From Amphiscolops sp. MND2022 (taxonomy: Eukaryota): a stretch of 64,000 nucleotides of DNA. Positions 10,901 through 25,900 of the stretch are shown in pieces. A program made the position numbers and the translations under genes. The number at the start of each line of letters is the position of its first letter. Within the stretch, counting starts at the first letter, position 1. The stretch is taken from assembly GCA_964187785.1 (NCBI GenBank), contig OZ076409.1:62808001-62872000 (forward strand), read 5' to 3'. The notes below the pieces were generated by a model, which saw only the letters and a program-made list of their open reading frames with translations, was not told where the DNA came from and did not search any database.

Positions 10901-13900
10901 TTTTCTGTAAAGGAAACAAGTTTCCTGAGTCTTGAGGGTGACCTCTTTGTTACTTTTGATCATGTGCAACTGATGAGATTTCTTTTTGATTGTGGGAAAT
11001 AGCTCATTTAAGTTTTTTTCGACTTTGTACTTTCATTTGGTCAAAGTGTACCCCTTGCTTTCATAGCACATTTCGGCTTGAGAAAAGCAGTTTCGCGAGC
11101 TGAAACTCGTTTCGCCATAAATGGTAAAAGAGAAAATGGTAAAAGCTTGAAATTAGGTCTGTTTCAAATTTAGGAAAGTTGAGCAATCCCGGTTTGTTAT
11201 ATTATTGTACATTGTTTCACCAGAAGTGTCAAAAATTGCAAATAGTTTTGACAAGTTTAGGGTCAATTTGAGGAACTTTTCGAACATGAATCTACAGATG
11301 TCTCTTCAGAAATAAGCCTACTGGATACCGAGTTTAGCTGTCGTTGAATGTTTACACCATTCTAACCCACGAGTAGCTCGAAACATCTTTCTTAGGAAGG
11401 TGTACTCCATTTCTAGTGAATTTGCTTGGAGGTTTTTGAATGACAAATATTGGACAAATGAGGTTGAAATTTACGTTTTCAAGTAAAGTATTTGAGAGTT
11501 GTGCGAGTAAACTTGTCTGATATCTTTACGGAACACTACCGGTAACTAGACGTTTCAATACTGAGCCTATGATATTTCTCATTGAAGTAAATTTTAGGAA
11601 AGTGTCCAATATTGGGACTGTGTTGTCGAAAATAAAGAAAGTTCGGAAACTTTGACATCTTTGCTGTAAACTCGATGAAATTCATGCCTCTTTTTCCCAC
11701 AATTGCGTTTTGAATACCTTTTTGTTTAAACGCTGAGGTCATTAGAATTTCTCTTTCTTAAAAACTTTCGTGACTTGAACAAAAAATGGGATTAGTTTGT
11801 CAAACAACGTGCTTTTTGTTGTTTCATGGATTTTTGGGTGTTTTTGAGACCAATTCTAACAAAACATGCAGTTATCTCTTGAAAATTGCCAACTGGAGAT
11901 ATCCGGATGAGTTAGTGTTGAGTGTTTAAAACCATTTTATGCAAGGAAGTAGTTCAAAAAATCAACAAACAACTGCCTGAAAATGTTGAAAAACTTGAAT
12001 ATTTTCAGTTTTTCCAATAATTGTGTCATTTTGAGGAAACTTCCGACCATAAATTAGGCATTCTTTAAAACCGTGTTCCGGACCTAGTTTTATCAACGCG
12101 AGCGTTTTGAACTTTTTAGTTTACCAAAATTTTCCAATCTCAAAAAAAAATTCACTGAAAATGTGAGAAATCGACAAAACTTTTCAAGCTTTCGACTTTT
12201 TACGGTCACTTCTCAGCCATTTTCCAACCGAAATTTGCAAATATTCACCTGAAAGCCTAATTGAATAAGAGTTCAGTCTTTGTTGAACGTTTGCTGACAT
12301 TCTGACACCAAAATGATTCAAAAAGTACACAAGTTGCACAAAAACAAAGTTGAAATTTTTCGACTCCTTTGGAGTCATTCTGAAATGTTGGTGAAGCAAA
12401 ACACTGTAATGTTCTCTTCAAGAAAACATTGCATAGCTCGTTTTTTCGTTGTTGAGTGGATTGCGGAACTTAGAACAAAATCTTTCGAAAAATCTACAGA
12501 AAATGCATCAAAAACGACAAAAACTTCGAAATTTTGACATCTCAGGTCAATTTGAGGCCCTTTTCTTTTACGAATTGAACTTATCTCGTAACGAAAGCTC
12601 ACCGAAACAACAAGTTTGCCCACGCCTTAAGCGTTTAAACACTTTAGTCCAAGGAGTCTATCGATATTTTGACAAAAAGTGAAGAAAAAAAAGGAATTTG
12701 ATAATTTTTCGAGACTTTGTTTTTTCGATGTCGATTCCGGACAATTTCCTATCGAAAAACTGCATTTATCTCTTTTCTAAGCATATTGGACAACACTTAT
12801 TTTCCTTGTTGACCCTTTTCAACGTTCCAATTGACGAAGTCTGTCAAAAATTTGGAAAAAATGCATGAAATCTTTGAAAATTGGAAACTTTTGGGATTTT
12901 TGTCATTTACGGTGTCAATTTGAGACATTTTCAATCAGAACATTGCAATTATCTCTTAATTAAAGATTAAAGACAGACTACGGGACGTACCAATTTTTTC
13001 ATTGTTGACCCTTTAAAACATTCCAATCCACGAAGTCTGTGAAACTTTAACAAAAAATGCATAAAACTTTACTTTGAAAATTGGAAAATTTTGTGTTTTT
13101 TGTCAATTTCGGTGTCAATTTGAGACATTTTTATTTAGAAAAATGCAATAAACTCTTAAAAAGGGGTACTGGACAACCAACGTTTTCCTTGTTGACCCGT
13201 TAACACATTCCAATCCACGAAGTCTCCAAAATTTGACGAAAAATGCGTAGAAACTTTGAAAAATGGAAAATTTAGGGACTTTTGTCATTTTCGGTGTCAA
13301 GTTGAGACTTTTTTCAAATAAAAAACAGCCATTATCTCTTCTGAAACGCCTACTGGACAGCAAACTTGTACCATGTTGATCGTTTCCAACATTCTAGTCC
13401 ACAAATTCTATCGATAATTTGACAAAAATTGCTTAAAAACGTTAAAAATCTGGAAATTTTTGGTTTTCTTTGTCATTTTTGGGTATTTTTCTTTCCAAAA
13501 AACCGCATTTATCTCTTCATAAACAACTACTGGACAACGAGTTCTTGTCTTTGTGAATTTTTTCAACATTTTAATCCACGACATTTATCGGAAACTTGAC
13601 AAAATTGCATTAAAGCCTAAAAAAATGCAAATTTTCGCTTTTTGGGGTCATTTTTGAGTTATTTTGGGGTCATTCTGGGGTCCTTGGGGTCAACTAAAAA
13701 AAGTCCGGAAATCTCCACAAATACAAATCGCACGAAGCTAAATTTATGTGAGCTGAATTCTATGGGTGAAACCCTTTAGCTTTGATATAAATAAATTCTT
13801 GGCAAATTTTGTAAAAAAAACCCGTTCGATTTAAATATTTTCCTTTCCCATATGAAATATGGGCGGAAAATAATGAGCTGTTGTTTCAGGGAGTTCACGA

Positions 13901-16900
13901 GCCGTTTTACAAGGTGATCGAGGAGGTGAACCAGCGGGCCAAGATTCTGACCAACAAGGACTGTGCCATTGCACTCGAGTTCCACACTGACTTGCTGGCC
14001 AAGCTACTGGAACCGTTCGTCAACGCCGCCAAACTTGTATTCCTCACTCAAAATGGTAACTATACCTGTTGGGCTGGTTTCGCTCTCTTGTTTATACTTT
14101 TCGATTGTGGTTTTTCGAACCGTGAAAACCTTAAATGGATATGTCATTGAAATAGAATCGAGATTGTTGGTTAGCTAATTATCAATTTACGAGAATCACA
14201 TTTCAGATAGGCTTCAGTAATGTATGTTTGATACTTTTCACATTCTCATTTTGAATATATTTTTAAAAATTTACGGGTTTCGTTCAAATAAAAGACTGAA
14301 AGACACATTAACCATTAACTCAGCTTCAATGACTTAGTTTCGAGAAATAAGGTTTGTCGCTTGAGCCCCGAATAACATTTTCCATTTCAGACGACCGAAG
14401 CAGTTCGTCTCATATGTACGCAGAACGGTGCCGCATGTTTTTTATCAAAAGAATCATGGACGAGTTCGCCTTGATTCGCAAGTTCCTCAGACTGAGCAGT
14501 GCTGGCATGAACGCGTGGAATCTTTCCGAGAAATTGTCCATTGGTCTGGAGCTTCAACCAGGCGATGAGAACTGTTCCATCAACGAGAACGCGGCCATGA
14601 TCAGGAACCATCTTTACAACATAAAGTGCAACTTGCTAGAAAGGAGTCATAATTGGATCGACAATGACAATGAGACAGACGAGAATTTGGGTGAGTTGAT
14701 GTTTGTTTTAGCAACTTGCGTCGGTCTTATTCAAAGGCAACCTCTTTGGCCCAAACTCATTTTCAACGAAACATCATTTTTTCGTCGTGATTTAGTTTTT
14801 TTGGCGTTTCTAGGTACTGTTAGTTCTTGAATTATATATGCCTTTTTGATAAATGGATCATTGGTAAGTTGAAGGTTATATGCTGAAGTTTCCTCGTTTA
14901 AAATTGAAAGAATAGAATCGTGATTAGCTAGGTCCACATACCGATAGTACTCTGAATACAGACGTGCCATTGCTGGCCCAGTGGCTGGTTTTGTCGGAGG
15001 CCCGTCTCGGAATGAGGAAGGCCGAATCATAATGTTTTGATTTATATTTAGGGGTTCTTAAGTTGGGTGATTTTGACATGTAACAATTGCGAAAAACAAA
15101 TTTGAGGATAATGCCCCCTTCGAGCTCGAGATTTTTCGAGCGATGGAGGAACTTTTCTGGATCAGTGATTTGTTGGATATCTCTCGTCTAAAGTTGGTGG
15201 TTGTCCCAAGAAGACTTTCGATTGTACTGCTTAATTTAATTGGTCAGAGGTGTTTTTGCACATGACGAAGTCAATGTGCATTGCAGTCCAGCTAAGTAAT
15301 TTTTTTTCTACAATAGTCAACTTCATAATGAGCGCCTTTTAGATAAAAGCCAAAACCCCAGAGAGATTCGAACCTGCAGCCTCCCGATTGCGCGGCATAA
15401 GTGTTGACCACTGTGCCATAGGGACGTTATTGAACAAAGTTGAACTGTTGAATATATACGCATGCGATTAAAATAATATATATACGCATACTAAAATAAT
15501 CGATGTCTTCGTCATGTGTTGCGAAGCACCGCTTCGCCTCTGTGTAATAATAATAAGTTTGCTATGCTTTAGAAAACATCTTTCATAAGGTCTATCCGAG
15601 GATGAAAGCCAGACATTATTTCCATAAAAATGTTGCCATGTTTAATTTAACTGACAAATTTATTTATTGAGTTACTTTATTGAGTGTATCAAGTGATTAT
15701 TTTTTAAATATTCGGTAACTACCCAAATATCAAGTACATTGAATTTCTGCACTATCTATGAGTTTGGCATATCGTTGATGAAGTCAAATTTGCTTCCCGT
15801 TTTCAAAGTTCAGCACTTTTAAACTGTTTCAAGTCTTGACTCATCCTAGGAAATATTCGGTATAGGAATTGTCCGATCAACGCACAACGATATCCTGCTC
15901 TTTCTTGATTTTCATGCAAACGAATTGTCGATTCTATTTTGCGGTTTTCATTGCTCTTGTACTTTTATTCTTAGTTATATCGTATTGTTTAGTTATCTTT
16001 CCGTTTTCATTCGACGTTAAATTATGTCGTTACTTTCTCTCTCTGCCGCTGCACTTAGTGTAGAAAGCCTTTATAGCATCGAGGGTTACGATCAGAAATG
16101 TTGCTCTGTCTTGGACGATGTGACAGGTAGCGTATTGCAACTGAACATTTTTTTCGATTAACTTGAAATCATATGAGTATTCATGCCGCGTGTACTTCTC
16201 TAAAATAACAAAAATGAAAAGTTTCTGATCGGACTTTTTCTTTTTCTATTTTTGGAAGTACACCCCAAAACTCATTAGGATATGAAATTTGAAGTTTTCT
16301 GGTGTTTCAGAAGTTTCTCTTGTGATGGTCTAATTTGGCGTCTTCCGATACGCTTTGATCGTGTTTTGTACAATAAACTTCATTTATTCGAACAACATTG
16401 AAGTAGAATCACATAGAAGCAACACCTCCATTGGTCACTAAATATGTGCCACCTGTATTACATATAAAGTTTGATTTTATTGAAGGTTTAATTTCATTGG
16501 ATATTAAAACTAAGACAGTTCAATAAATGAAATACTTTATGTACAAAATATCCAATAACGATGAGAAAGGATATTAGTAGCTCTTCGAGTTCTCATCCTG
16601 GAGAATCAACTCAAAGGCACAACCTAAACTTTCAACACATTGAAATTGATAGTTCGGAGAAACTTGGAAAAAAGTTTGAAACGTCGATGATTGTCAATGA
16701 TGTAGAGTTTTCATAGTTTTTTTTATTTATTGTAGTTTTTAGTTTGTGATTCGGTCATCAAATGCAAGGCACAGGGTAGAAGATTGAATTGACTTAATCA
16801 GCTGTATCTTTAATCAGCTGTAACTTTCACAAAGTGCATTTTGAAGGCATTTTCGTTTTACTAACGTACCTCCTCTAGCCAGTGGCAATGAGATTGATGC

Positions 16901-19900
16901 CAGTGTCAATAATTCCTCTGAAACCTTGTGGTTACACTACTGTTGACAGTCGTTCCAAGTTGAGACAGAAAAATAGATGGTGATTTTAACCATGAACCTG
17001 TTTAAACAATTCTTTGATAAGTACAGAAAGAATTTGATTTTGAAGCAAAATATTCGCTAAAAGTTATGAAAAGGAGGTGAAGGAGACCTTTCACAACGTC
17101 AGTCGACATCTTGATTGTTGCTTCGCACTGAATGTAGGCTTCCTGTTCCTGAACAATCTGCTGTCGGAGGTGGCTTCTTTGGCAGATGCCATTGAGCAGA
17201 TTGCGGGTGATCGAGACAGTGCTGACAGAATCAGATCCAAGTGTGACATCATCAACCAAACGGCTCTACAACTTTCGGAGCTGCGCAAAAATGGGAAGGT
17301 TCGAAGAATTACTAAATGACCTTTCCTATACCTACGAATAAGTTTTTTTGAAGGAATCTCTCATCAGTTATTATCACTCGTTCTGATTTTTTTTGTGTTC
17401 ATAGGAACGCCAAAACAAAATCTGTAAGACCAGAGAAAGTTGAGGGGTTTTTATTGATTCTTCAAAATAACCTTTCATCGGAAAACTCCGATATTTTACA
17501 AATCAATGGAGCTGCAAGGAGTACGAAGGGTTGCTCTAGATTCTGATCGAAACTGTGGTTCATTCAATTTTCCAAAACAAATAGCGACTTTTAACAGCTC
17601 AGAGCTTTCTGAGATTTCAGGCGCCGACTTTAAGCTGTTTTTCGCTTGTTATTCTTGTTACGTATATTCACTGGCTCAGCTTCCTTGGCACAGCTAACAT
17701 GAGGTCTGTAGTTTCAATTGAATATGAATAGTGCATGTTAATCAATGTCCAGGGCTCGTCAGCAGAAGCGAGACAGTTGCAACAGACGCTACGTCACACA
17801 CTGGGTCAGTTGGTGGACCTGTGTGACGAGACATGCTTGCGCCACATCTCCTCCTCCAATGGCATCCTGCACCCTCTGCCATCAACCATGAACGGACTAC
17901 TGGACGAAGTGCGCATCTGGCTACAAAATCCAGACTATCATGCAGTTACAGGTAGGCTAACACTCGTTCAGTGGCTACTTTTAGTGCAGTTCATAAGATG
18001 TACAATGTAAGTCACCGGTGATAGCGAAATAGTTGATCAAGTCTTTTCGGTTATGGCGTCATCGTCTCCAACTTACTCTAAGCCATCGCTATATCCGTAT
18101 CAGAGATGCAAGTGGGTCATGGGTCAAATGGGTCGCTTTTTCTCGTGGGTCAGGGGCAAAAAAGTATGATGGGTTAGATGGGTCAAAGTTTACCGGGCAG
18201 TCATTAGCATCCTACAAGAGAAAAGCACAAGAACATGGTACAAGCATATTGGATCCTCTTCAATGGGTGTCAAAAACAGAAAAACTCTGCCAAAACTCAA
18301 AAATGGCCATAGTGCCTTCAACGCATGTCATATTATACACCACTGAGAAATTGACTTTCGCCAAATGTTGTTGAAGCTATTTCTGTAAATTTGGAATGTT
18401 ACAAAAATCTTTTGCTTTAAAATTTAACTTTCCTAGTAACACATCAAGTGAATCAAGTTATGGGTCATGGGTCAGAACTCCGATGGGTCAAGTGGGTGAT
18501 AGACCAGAGCCCCGATGGGTCGCTTTGGTCATTGGTCGAACATAACTGACCCACTTGCATCTCTAATCCGTATTACAATTTATATTTATATTGGTTTACA
18601 AAACTGGGGCTACCGATGTAAAAGTTGTATGACACTTATTTATCACAGATGTCGTGGCAACCTTGAATATTCAAATTCGTGGATTGAATAAATATTTCAT
18701 TTCATAGCCTTTTCGTCAAAAGTTGTCTCCAAAGAAGTCAACATTTTTTGATGCTAAAAAATCCATCGTGGAAGATTTAGTACTGATAGTGATTCCAAAT
18801 TTTATGAATGATCATGAGGTTTTTTTAATCCACACCCTTCGCCATACACTAATAGGTTACCACTTTTCACCATCACTTGTAGGATCAGAGTGTTTGGATG
18901 CAATCATTAAGTTGGCATGGAACTTCGGCCGCATTTTGGGAGGCGATGATCAGAGTGTGTTAAAGAGCAAATGTTCGCAGCTCATCAAACCCATGAATGA
19001 CCTGGTGGATTTGTCGCAGCAACAAAAAGTAAGTCGGTTTACTTATCGCAAAATTTGTAAGTGCTCCAATCATAACCCAATTTTCTCCACAAGTGAGAAC
19101 AAGGCTTCATCTCTGACAACCTGATACTGCCAATTTGCTATACAGTTGTGAACTGTGGGTTTACGAGAACATTGAACAAATTGAAGTGTTTCACAAATTT
19201 TTTGAGACGGATGTTAGAACTATGTAAAAGCGCGCCCAAGGCTATGATGTACGGAAAAGTGGGTCGCCACGAAACTAAATTTACTGTATGGAAACGAATG
19301 ATAAATTTCTGGAAAAAAGTTACTAAAACGCCTGATAAACTGTCATGCGTTGTTTTTCGTTGGCTACATGATAGAAATGAAGCCACGCAATGGCATTTGG
19401 GAATTAAACAGATTCTGATTAACTGTGGTCGGTCTAGTATTAAGATCTAGCTTTCCAGGCTTGGCAGATTATGCTTCAAAGCAACTCTATGCGATAACTA
19501 CCGTCTATATAAACACCGACTTGTGTTTGAACCCTAGTTGGAAACTCTATTAAGATCAGATAGAGTAAAACTAACGAATTTTAGGTGTGCTGCAACTGCT
19601 CTACTAACGGTAAAATCGAAATTCCTAAACTGTACAGTAGATTCCTGCCCCTTTTGTTAGACTCGATGTAAACTGGATGAGTATCATCTGGTTTTGAAGT
19701 GCGAGAGCTTTGACGATAAGCGTAAAGAACTTTTACCTGAATATTACTAAAACTACCCAAATGACATCAAGTATGACCAGCTGATGAATGTAACTGATAA
19801 AAATTTAGCGAAAAATTTCGCTAGTACTGATATCAACCTTTAAGTTGTTGTTTGTACGCCCTTGGGCAACAAAAAATACTTCTTCTCAATCACTGATTCG

Positions 19901-22900
19901 TCATTTGTCTCGTGTACTGTATCCAGAACCCATGTATAGAACCTCTGTTAAAAAATTCGTGGAAGTGGGTTTGATCCAAAATTTCGACAAATACCATCAT
20001 AATATTCCAATAATAGTTTCCATGTGCTGGCTCTTTCTTCATCTTTCATTAATTCTTTTTGATTTCTTTTCAGGCCGTATTTAGATCTTTTTCGAGAAGA
20101 GAAATGAAATACATTAGTAAAACTAAAAAGTTTTTTTTTCCATTTCAGGGCAACAGTGAAGAAGGGCGTCAACTAGTGAGCACTCTCCATTCCGGAATAG
20201 CCGACCTCATCCAAGTGGTTCGAAGCAGTCTTTCCCAGCAAGTCAGTTGGCACTTTACTGTAGCTATCATCTCTATTCCTGTCTTGAATGAAAAGCACTG
20301 AGATGTCATTTTCAATTGCTTTCAGGTTGTAAACATCTTCACCGATCCACATGTTTCCATCAATAGACTAGTTCAAGCTGCAAAGTCATCAGGTAATTTT
20401 GATATCATGTGTTTATCAGGAATTCCATAACTGAGATGTCAAACATTTATTCGCTTTTCTTTTGATTAATTCACTTGAATCTCGGAAACTGGATTCTGAA
20501 TCCCAGGAAGATCTCAATCTTTATAGACCTTTTTTTCTCTTCAAAAAGTCTCAATTTGTTTTGATTTCTTGATGTTTTGCTAAAAATTTGGATGGCCTGT
20601 TTAGACGGCGACGAAGTTTTTAACCAGAAGTTGGACAAGTTTCAACAGTTTGCGAAGGGGGCAGTGGTGACGGGATCTCAGTTCTCGCAATTGAATGAAA
20701 GCGACGACCAGGAAACGCTGCAGAACATCGCACGCTGTGCTAAACAAGTTAGTTTGCACAAATAGCATGCAGTTTTGTTGGGCCTCGTGGAGAATTTTGT
20801 TGGAATGCTTTTTTGTTGCTCTGATTCTGAGATTTCAGTACTAGGGCTAATTTGAATCGTCGCCGCTTTACTAGTGGGTTTTCACTGTTTTGTATATCTC
20901 GCAATGTTTTAATGTGGCATTTTCACCCCCTTTTAGTCGGGGCATTTTGAATGAAAACATACCCGACTATTTCTTCATGTTTCTTCATGATGACAATCCT
21001 CACATCGAATAGTCTTTTTCACAATCTTTCAGCCAAAAGTCTAATAGAATTATTCGAAGGCACTGGTTTCGATGCTTTTGAGCAACGCAACAAAATGTTC
21101 TACTCATCAGCTGTTCTAATCGTAGTCTGCTTAACGACTAGTATGCTTTGTGGATGGTCTGCTTATTAGACTTCCTCCTTTTGTGAGCACTAAATCCATG
21201 ACTAAAATGGGACTGTATAATTTCCACTGCATCGATCCTTATGTTTCAGCTAGATGATCTGATTCCCATCATCAGCTCGGCAGCCCAGCTAGTCTATTAT
21301 AGTGAGAGTTCCAAGAGGAGCAACGAAGAGTCGGCCGAGTCGACGAAGCAGTTGCATAATATTCAGAACTTGTGGGTGGACACAATAAACCAACTCATGC
21401 AGCAGATAGACTCAGTCGCGGACCTCGAGCTTTTCTTGGAATCATCAGGTATCATTTTTGATTATCAACTGAAATCTTGATTTGAAAGACGTCGCCTTTT
21501 CTGGTTTTGTAGGAGAGAGTTTGCAAAGAGTCGTCTGGTTTTTCTGTTCACTTGGATTTTTTGCCAGTTATTTACGTCTTAATTATGCAAACAAAACTGC
21601 AATAAGGGAATTGTGATACGGTATCATTATTATTCACATTTTTAGAATCGAAAATTCAAGATCTACTGAAAGAATGCATGACGAGTTTGCAGAATAAAGA
21701 TTGCAGGAAGTTTGTAGAGAACTCTACCCGAGTAGTGAACTGTCTGAATCGAGTTAGACAGCTTTGTGAAGTTCAAAGCAAGACATTCCAGGACGAGACT
21801 ACTGTTCAACAAATACAACAGCAGTCTTCGAATCTTGCAGCACGTTAGTAAAGAATGAAGTAACCATATAAGATAATAAAGCAGACGCAAATTGCAGCGA
21901 AACGCTCATTTTAGAGGTGGAACCATTTGTGGCTTTGGCTACAGCTTTCGCAAAGAATCCCAACAATCCACAAGTGGTGGTAGACTTCCATGAAACTTCT
22001 CACGAAGTAAGCTTTCCAGTAATTGGTACTATGAATAATTGGTTGATGAGTTCCAGTAAATTTACCTCCATTTGTCGCTTCTTCAGATTCTTGACATAAT
22101 GAGCGCATTGAAGGCGATTCTTCATGAGTACTTCGGACCAAAAATGATTGCAGTCAACCAAGGAGGAGATGGTGAGTCTTAACTTAGAACCTCATAATCT
22201 CGCTATACATTGCAAGACGCCTGCTCAGCACCGGGATTTTTGCGGGGCTAAAAATACGCTATGAAACTAATTCTTTCGTCATGGACGAGCCCCATCTTTT
22301 GTGTATGAGCCTCACTCATCACGCGCAGAAACCCACGTTAACCTCAATGCCAAGTGGCAAGTGAAGTGGCAGCGAAGGAGAAAGTCATCGATTTACTATA
22401 GTCACTTCACATCTCTAAAAAGTTCTCTAACGAGATTGCCGACTAAAATGGGTGGGAAATAATTTCCTTTTGAAAAATCTAGTTAAAAGCTTTGTGATTT
22501 TTCAAGGGCGACATTACACGTCATCACTCAACTATTTCATCACGCCTCTGCCAGCAGAAGCATTGGCCGAGATCGCAGAGGAAGTGGAACCAGAAGAAAC
22601 TCCTCCCCCGAGACCTCCGCCGCCTGCTTCAGGTAAATAAATTTGAGATAGATTAAGTTGTGATCTCCGCTAACGGAGATACTACTTTAATTTATTGGAC
22701 CATAACTGCGTACTATCGTTTGAGATCTGCGTTGGTTTTAAAATTGTTTGTTCTCTGGAGTAATTGTTACATTTCAAGAATAGTTTTTCTAAATCAAATG
22801 GACCCTAATTTTTCTAACCCCAATGGACCTGGGCATTTTTGCAAAAATTCGGACTGAAAATTTAAAATAATTAATATCTCCACAACTACGCGTACCAGAG

Positions 22901-25900
22901 AAACGAACTATACCGCGTTTGAAAGGTCTGGTATTGGGCTTTCATTTTGGCCAGGTGAGCCCCTGTCGCCGCGCGCCCCCTCCTTCAGAATTTGTTTCTT
23001 TTTCCGGTACCGACGCTTCGCGACAGTTCCGCACTTCGTGCGGCCCGCTGCGCGGGCGCTTGTAGTAACACAGAATATAATTGGGACTTGTTGCGTAAGA
23101 ACTTGTTTTGCAAGTGTAGGAGTTTGGTTTTTGCTATGGGTCAAGATTTTTTGAGAAAACTGGATTTCGCCAAAAACTGAAATTTAGAAAAAAGTAACAA
23201 TTTTTTGTGCAAAAAAAACTCATTTTTCTCAGTTTTGGAGACATATTTACTCTTCCTAATGCTTGTGCCATTTAAATCAGTCTAGGTACCAATGAACTGT
23301 TGAATACAAACTGTGCTAGAGAATATGGGCTGCTGTCAAAAGGAATCAGAAATTGAAAAAAATGGTAGGCTGCTTTAAAGTACCACCAGGTTAATTCGGG
23401 TTAATGCCGTTTTTGAAGTCAGACTTTTAATGACTTGAATTTTAGGTTCACGTCATGACTAACTTTGGGTATATTCATTCCTATATGAACGCAGTGAGAT
23501 ACGTTAAATTCACATAAAACTACCGAATTGTGAAAAACCAAACCAATAACGTCTTTTTGCTGTAAAAAACTTTGCGAATTCAATGACCAAACAGCTTTTC
23601 AATTGATTTACCATATCTGTGTGGATTTTGAAGTGCCATATATCACGTGTAGATAAAATGTACATGAAATGTAAATATGGTTACATGCATCCTGTTTTGA
23701 TGAGGTTTCGGCTTCTCTATGCATAATAACCCATAATTAGGCCTATTTGGTTCGTTAATAACTATTGTAATGAAATTGTAGTTCAAGCAAATTAGGAGCA
23801 ATTAGCCAAAATTGTTATGAAGTTGAAGTTGCGGAAGATTGGAAACGCAAAAAGTGAAATTGAATAAGTTGAAATGTCCTGACACCGAAACCTATGTGGA
23901 TATCTAATACGATTCCGTGGAAAGGTTTGGAAAAAAGTTTGATTGTGAAATTGTTGATGCCAAAAGGATGACAAGACAAAGGCGCGCTTTTTTTCGCATT
24001 GACTTTTTATGCACTTGTCGGCTTGGTTTGATTTGACACAACTTGTGAGTTCTATGTTTCAGAATTTTCTGTTCCAAAGTTGTAATTCAAGCAGCATAAC
24101 TAGTTTTTAACTTACTACTCACTTTTCACTAATTTGCGTGTCCATTGGTTCCAATTTATTCACTCGATGCTTGCTTCGCCAGAAGGCACATTGCCAATCA
24201 ACCGGAAATGGCAAATTATTCCACTTTTTATCGAAATAGTGAATCATTTCTCAATTGTACCACGCGCTTTTTTCAAATATAGCGTGATCGATAGCTTTTG
24301 ATATGTGGTATCGTTAGTAAAAACCGATTGAAAATTTTGTTGTATGGCTTGGCTTTCCTTCTCTCCGGGCGCTTCGCGCCCCTCCAGGTCGGCCTTCGTC
24401 AAAACCAGTCACTAGACCTGTCATGGCACCTCGCTCGGCTTCGCTCCTGGATTTAGGGCATTAGAGTTATGTGACCGTGGCGGATATCGATTGCCTCCCT
24501 TGGACGTTATTTATTACAAAACTTTAAGACGTTATTTACTGTCCCCGATAATTTGGGACCAAATAGTTTGGAACTAAGTGCTTTCTAGTCTCTCGTTCAT
24601 ACCATTCGTGATTGTACAACATTGTAATATTTGATCTGCATTCCGATAAATCGGTTGCGTGATGATTTATAGCGTTTGAAGAAGTTTTAAATTTAATTGA
24701 AAATTTCTTACTCTTATCCAGTTACTTTTTTCTCCATTCAAAGTAATACATACATGGCACGACGAATATCGGCTATTTTTCATCTTCCGGAGTAGTTCCC
24801 ACAGAATTGAAAGGAATAAAATGTTTTTAATAAAAGCGTGGTTACTCGATGTGCTGTTGTGGTTGATAAAATTACTAAATATTTTTTGGTGTGTTCCAGT
24901 GACGTTGATTCCTATGTTCTCTCAACCAACAGAAGAGTTGCCTGAGGAAGAAGAGGAGGAAGAGGTGATCGAAGCACCTGCGCCTGAAGAGCACAAACCT
25001 ATCTTGAAGGTAAGTCACTTTTGGCATTACTCCATAATGAGTAAATTCCGGGGCGGGGTTGATGTACATTTATGGTTCCTAGCAATGTCCCAAAAATTGA
25101 ACCTCTGCAATATTTTTTTTCATGCTAATCAGTATTATTTAAATGACCGAATTCTGAACCAATGCCAAAACTCGGCAGAAACAAAGAAATTTGCAGTACT
25201 AGCAGCGCCCAATAGAAAACCCATATTTTGTCATGATCTCTGTTTGAAGTTTTACAATTACTTTCTAATGAGACTAGCGCTGATCTCTAATTAAATACCC
25301 CACCTCCTATTATTGAGCTCAAAAAATGCCAGACCACCTAATTTTAACCCTATCTTCTGCCCCTTTTTCCCTATCCCACAAAAAGAGCGGGTTTTTTGTC
25401 TAAACCGTTGGGCTGATGGGTTTCAACACATGACAACTGATAGATGGTTTCTGTACTGTAGGCTGCCCATGAACTGCACGTGGAGGTGAGACAGTGGCAG
25501 AGTCAGGGCAATGACATCATCGCGGCTGCCAAACGGATGGCACTCCTATTGGCCAAGATGTCTCGCATCGTGAGGTTAGTTTCATTTGGTAAGCGGAAAA
25601 CGCCTCGAAAACAACTCACGGAATACAACTGGTCGAAATTGAAGGGTGGAAAACTAGTTGTCTGCTAATTCGTCGATTATTATTTATTAGGTACAAGCTC
25701 TTGGAATGATTACAGATTACCAATTAGCTGTTGGTAGCACACCAGAAAAGCATGTCTCATGAAATTTATGGCGAAGTGATAATTATGGATCAATTTTCTT
25801 TAATTATTGCTTCAAGTTTTCTTGTTAAAATACCTTGCGTTTTTGGCGAGTTATTTCATACGAGTTTTCCTGGATTCGTTTCATTAACTATAACGCCCCT

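Noticed and set aside
15353..15425. Functional tRNA gene
   Set aside because: A and B boxes are present but the T-stem and anticodon stem do not pair; lies inside a MITE.
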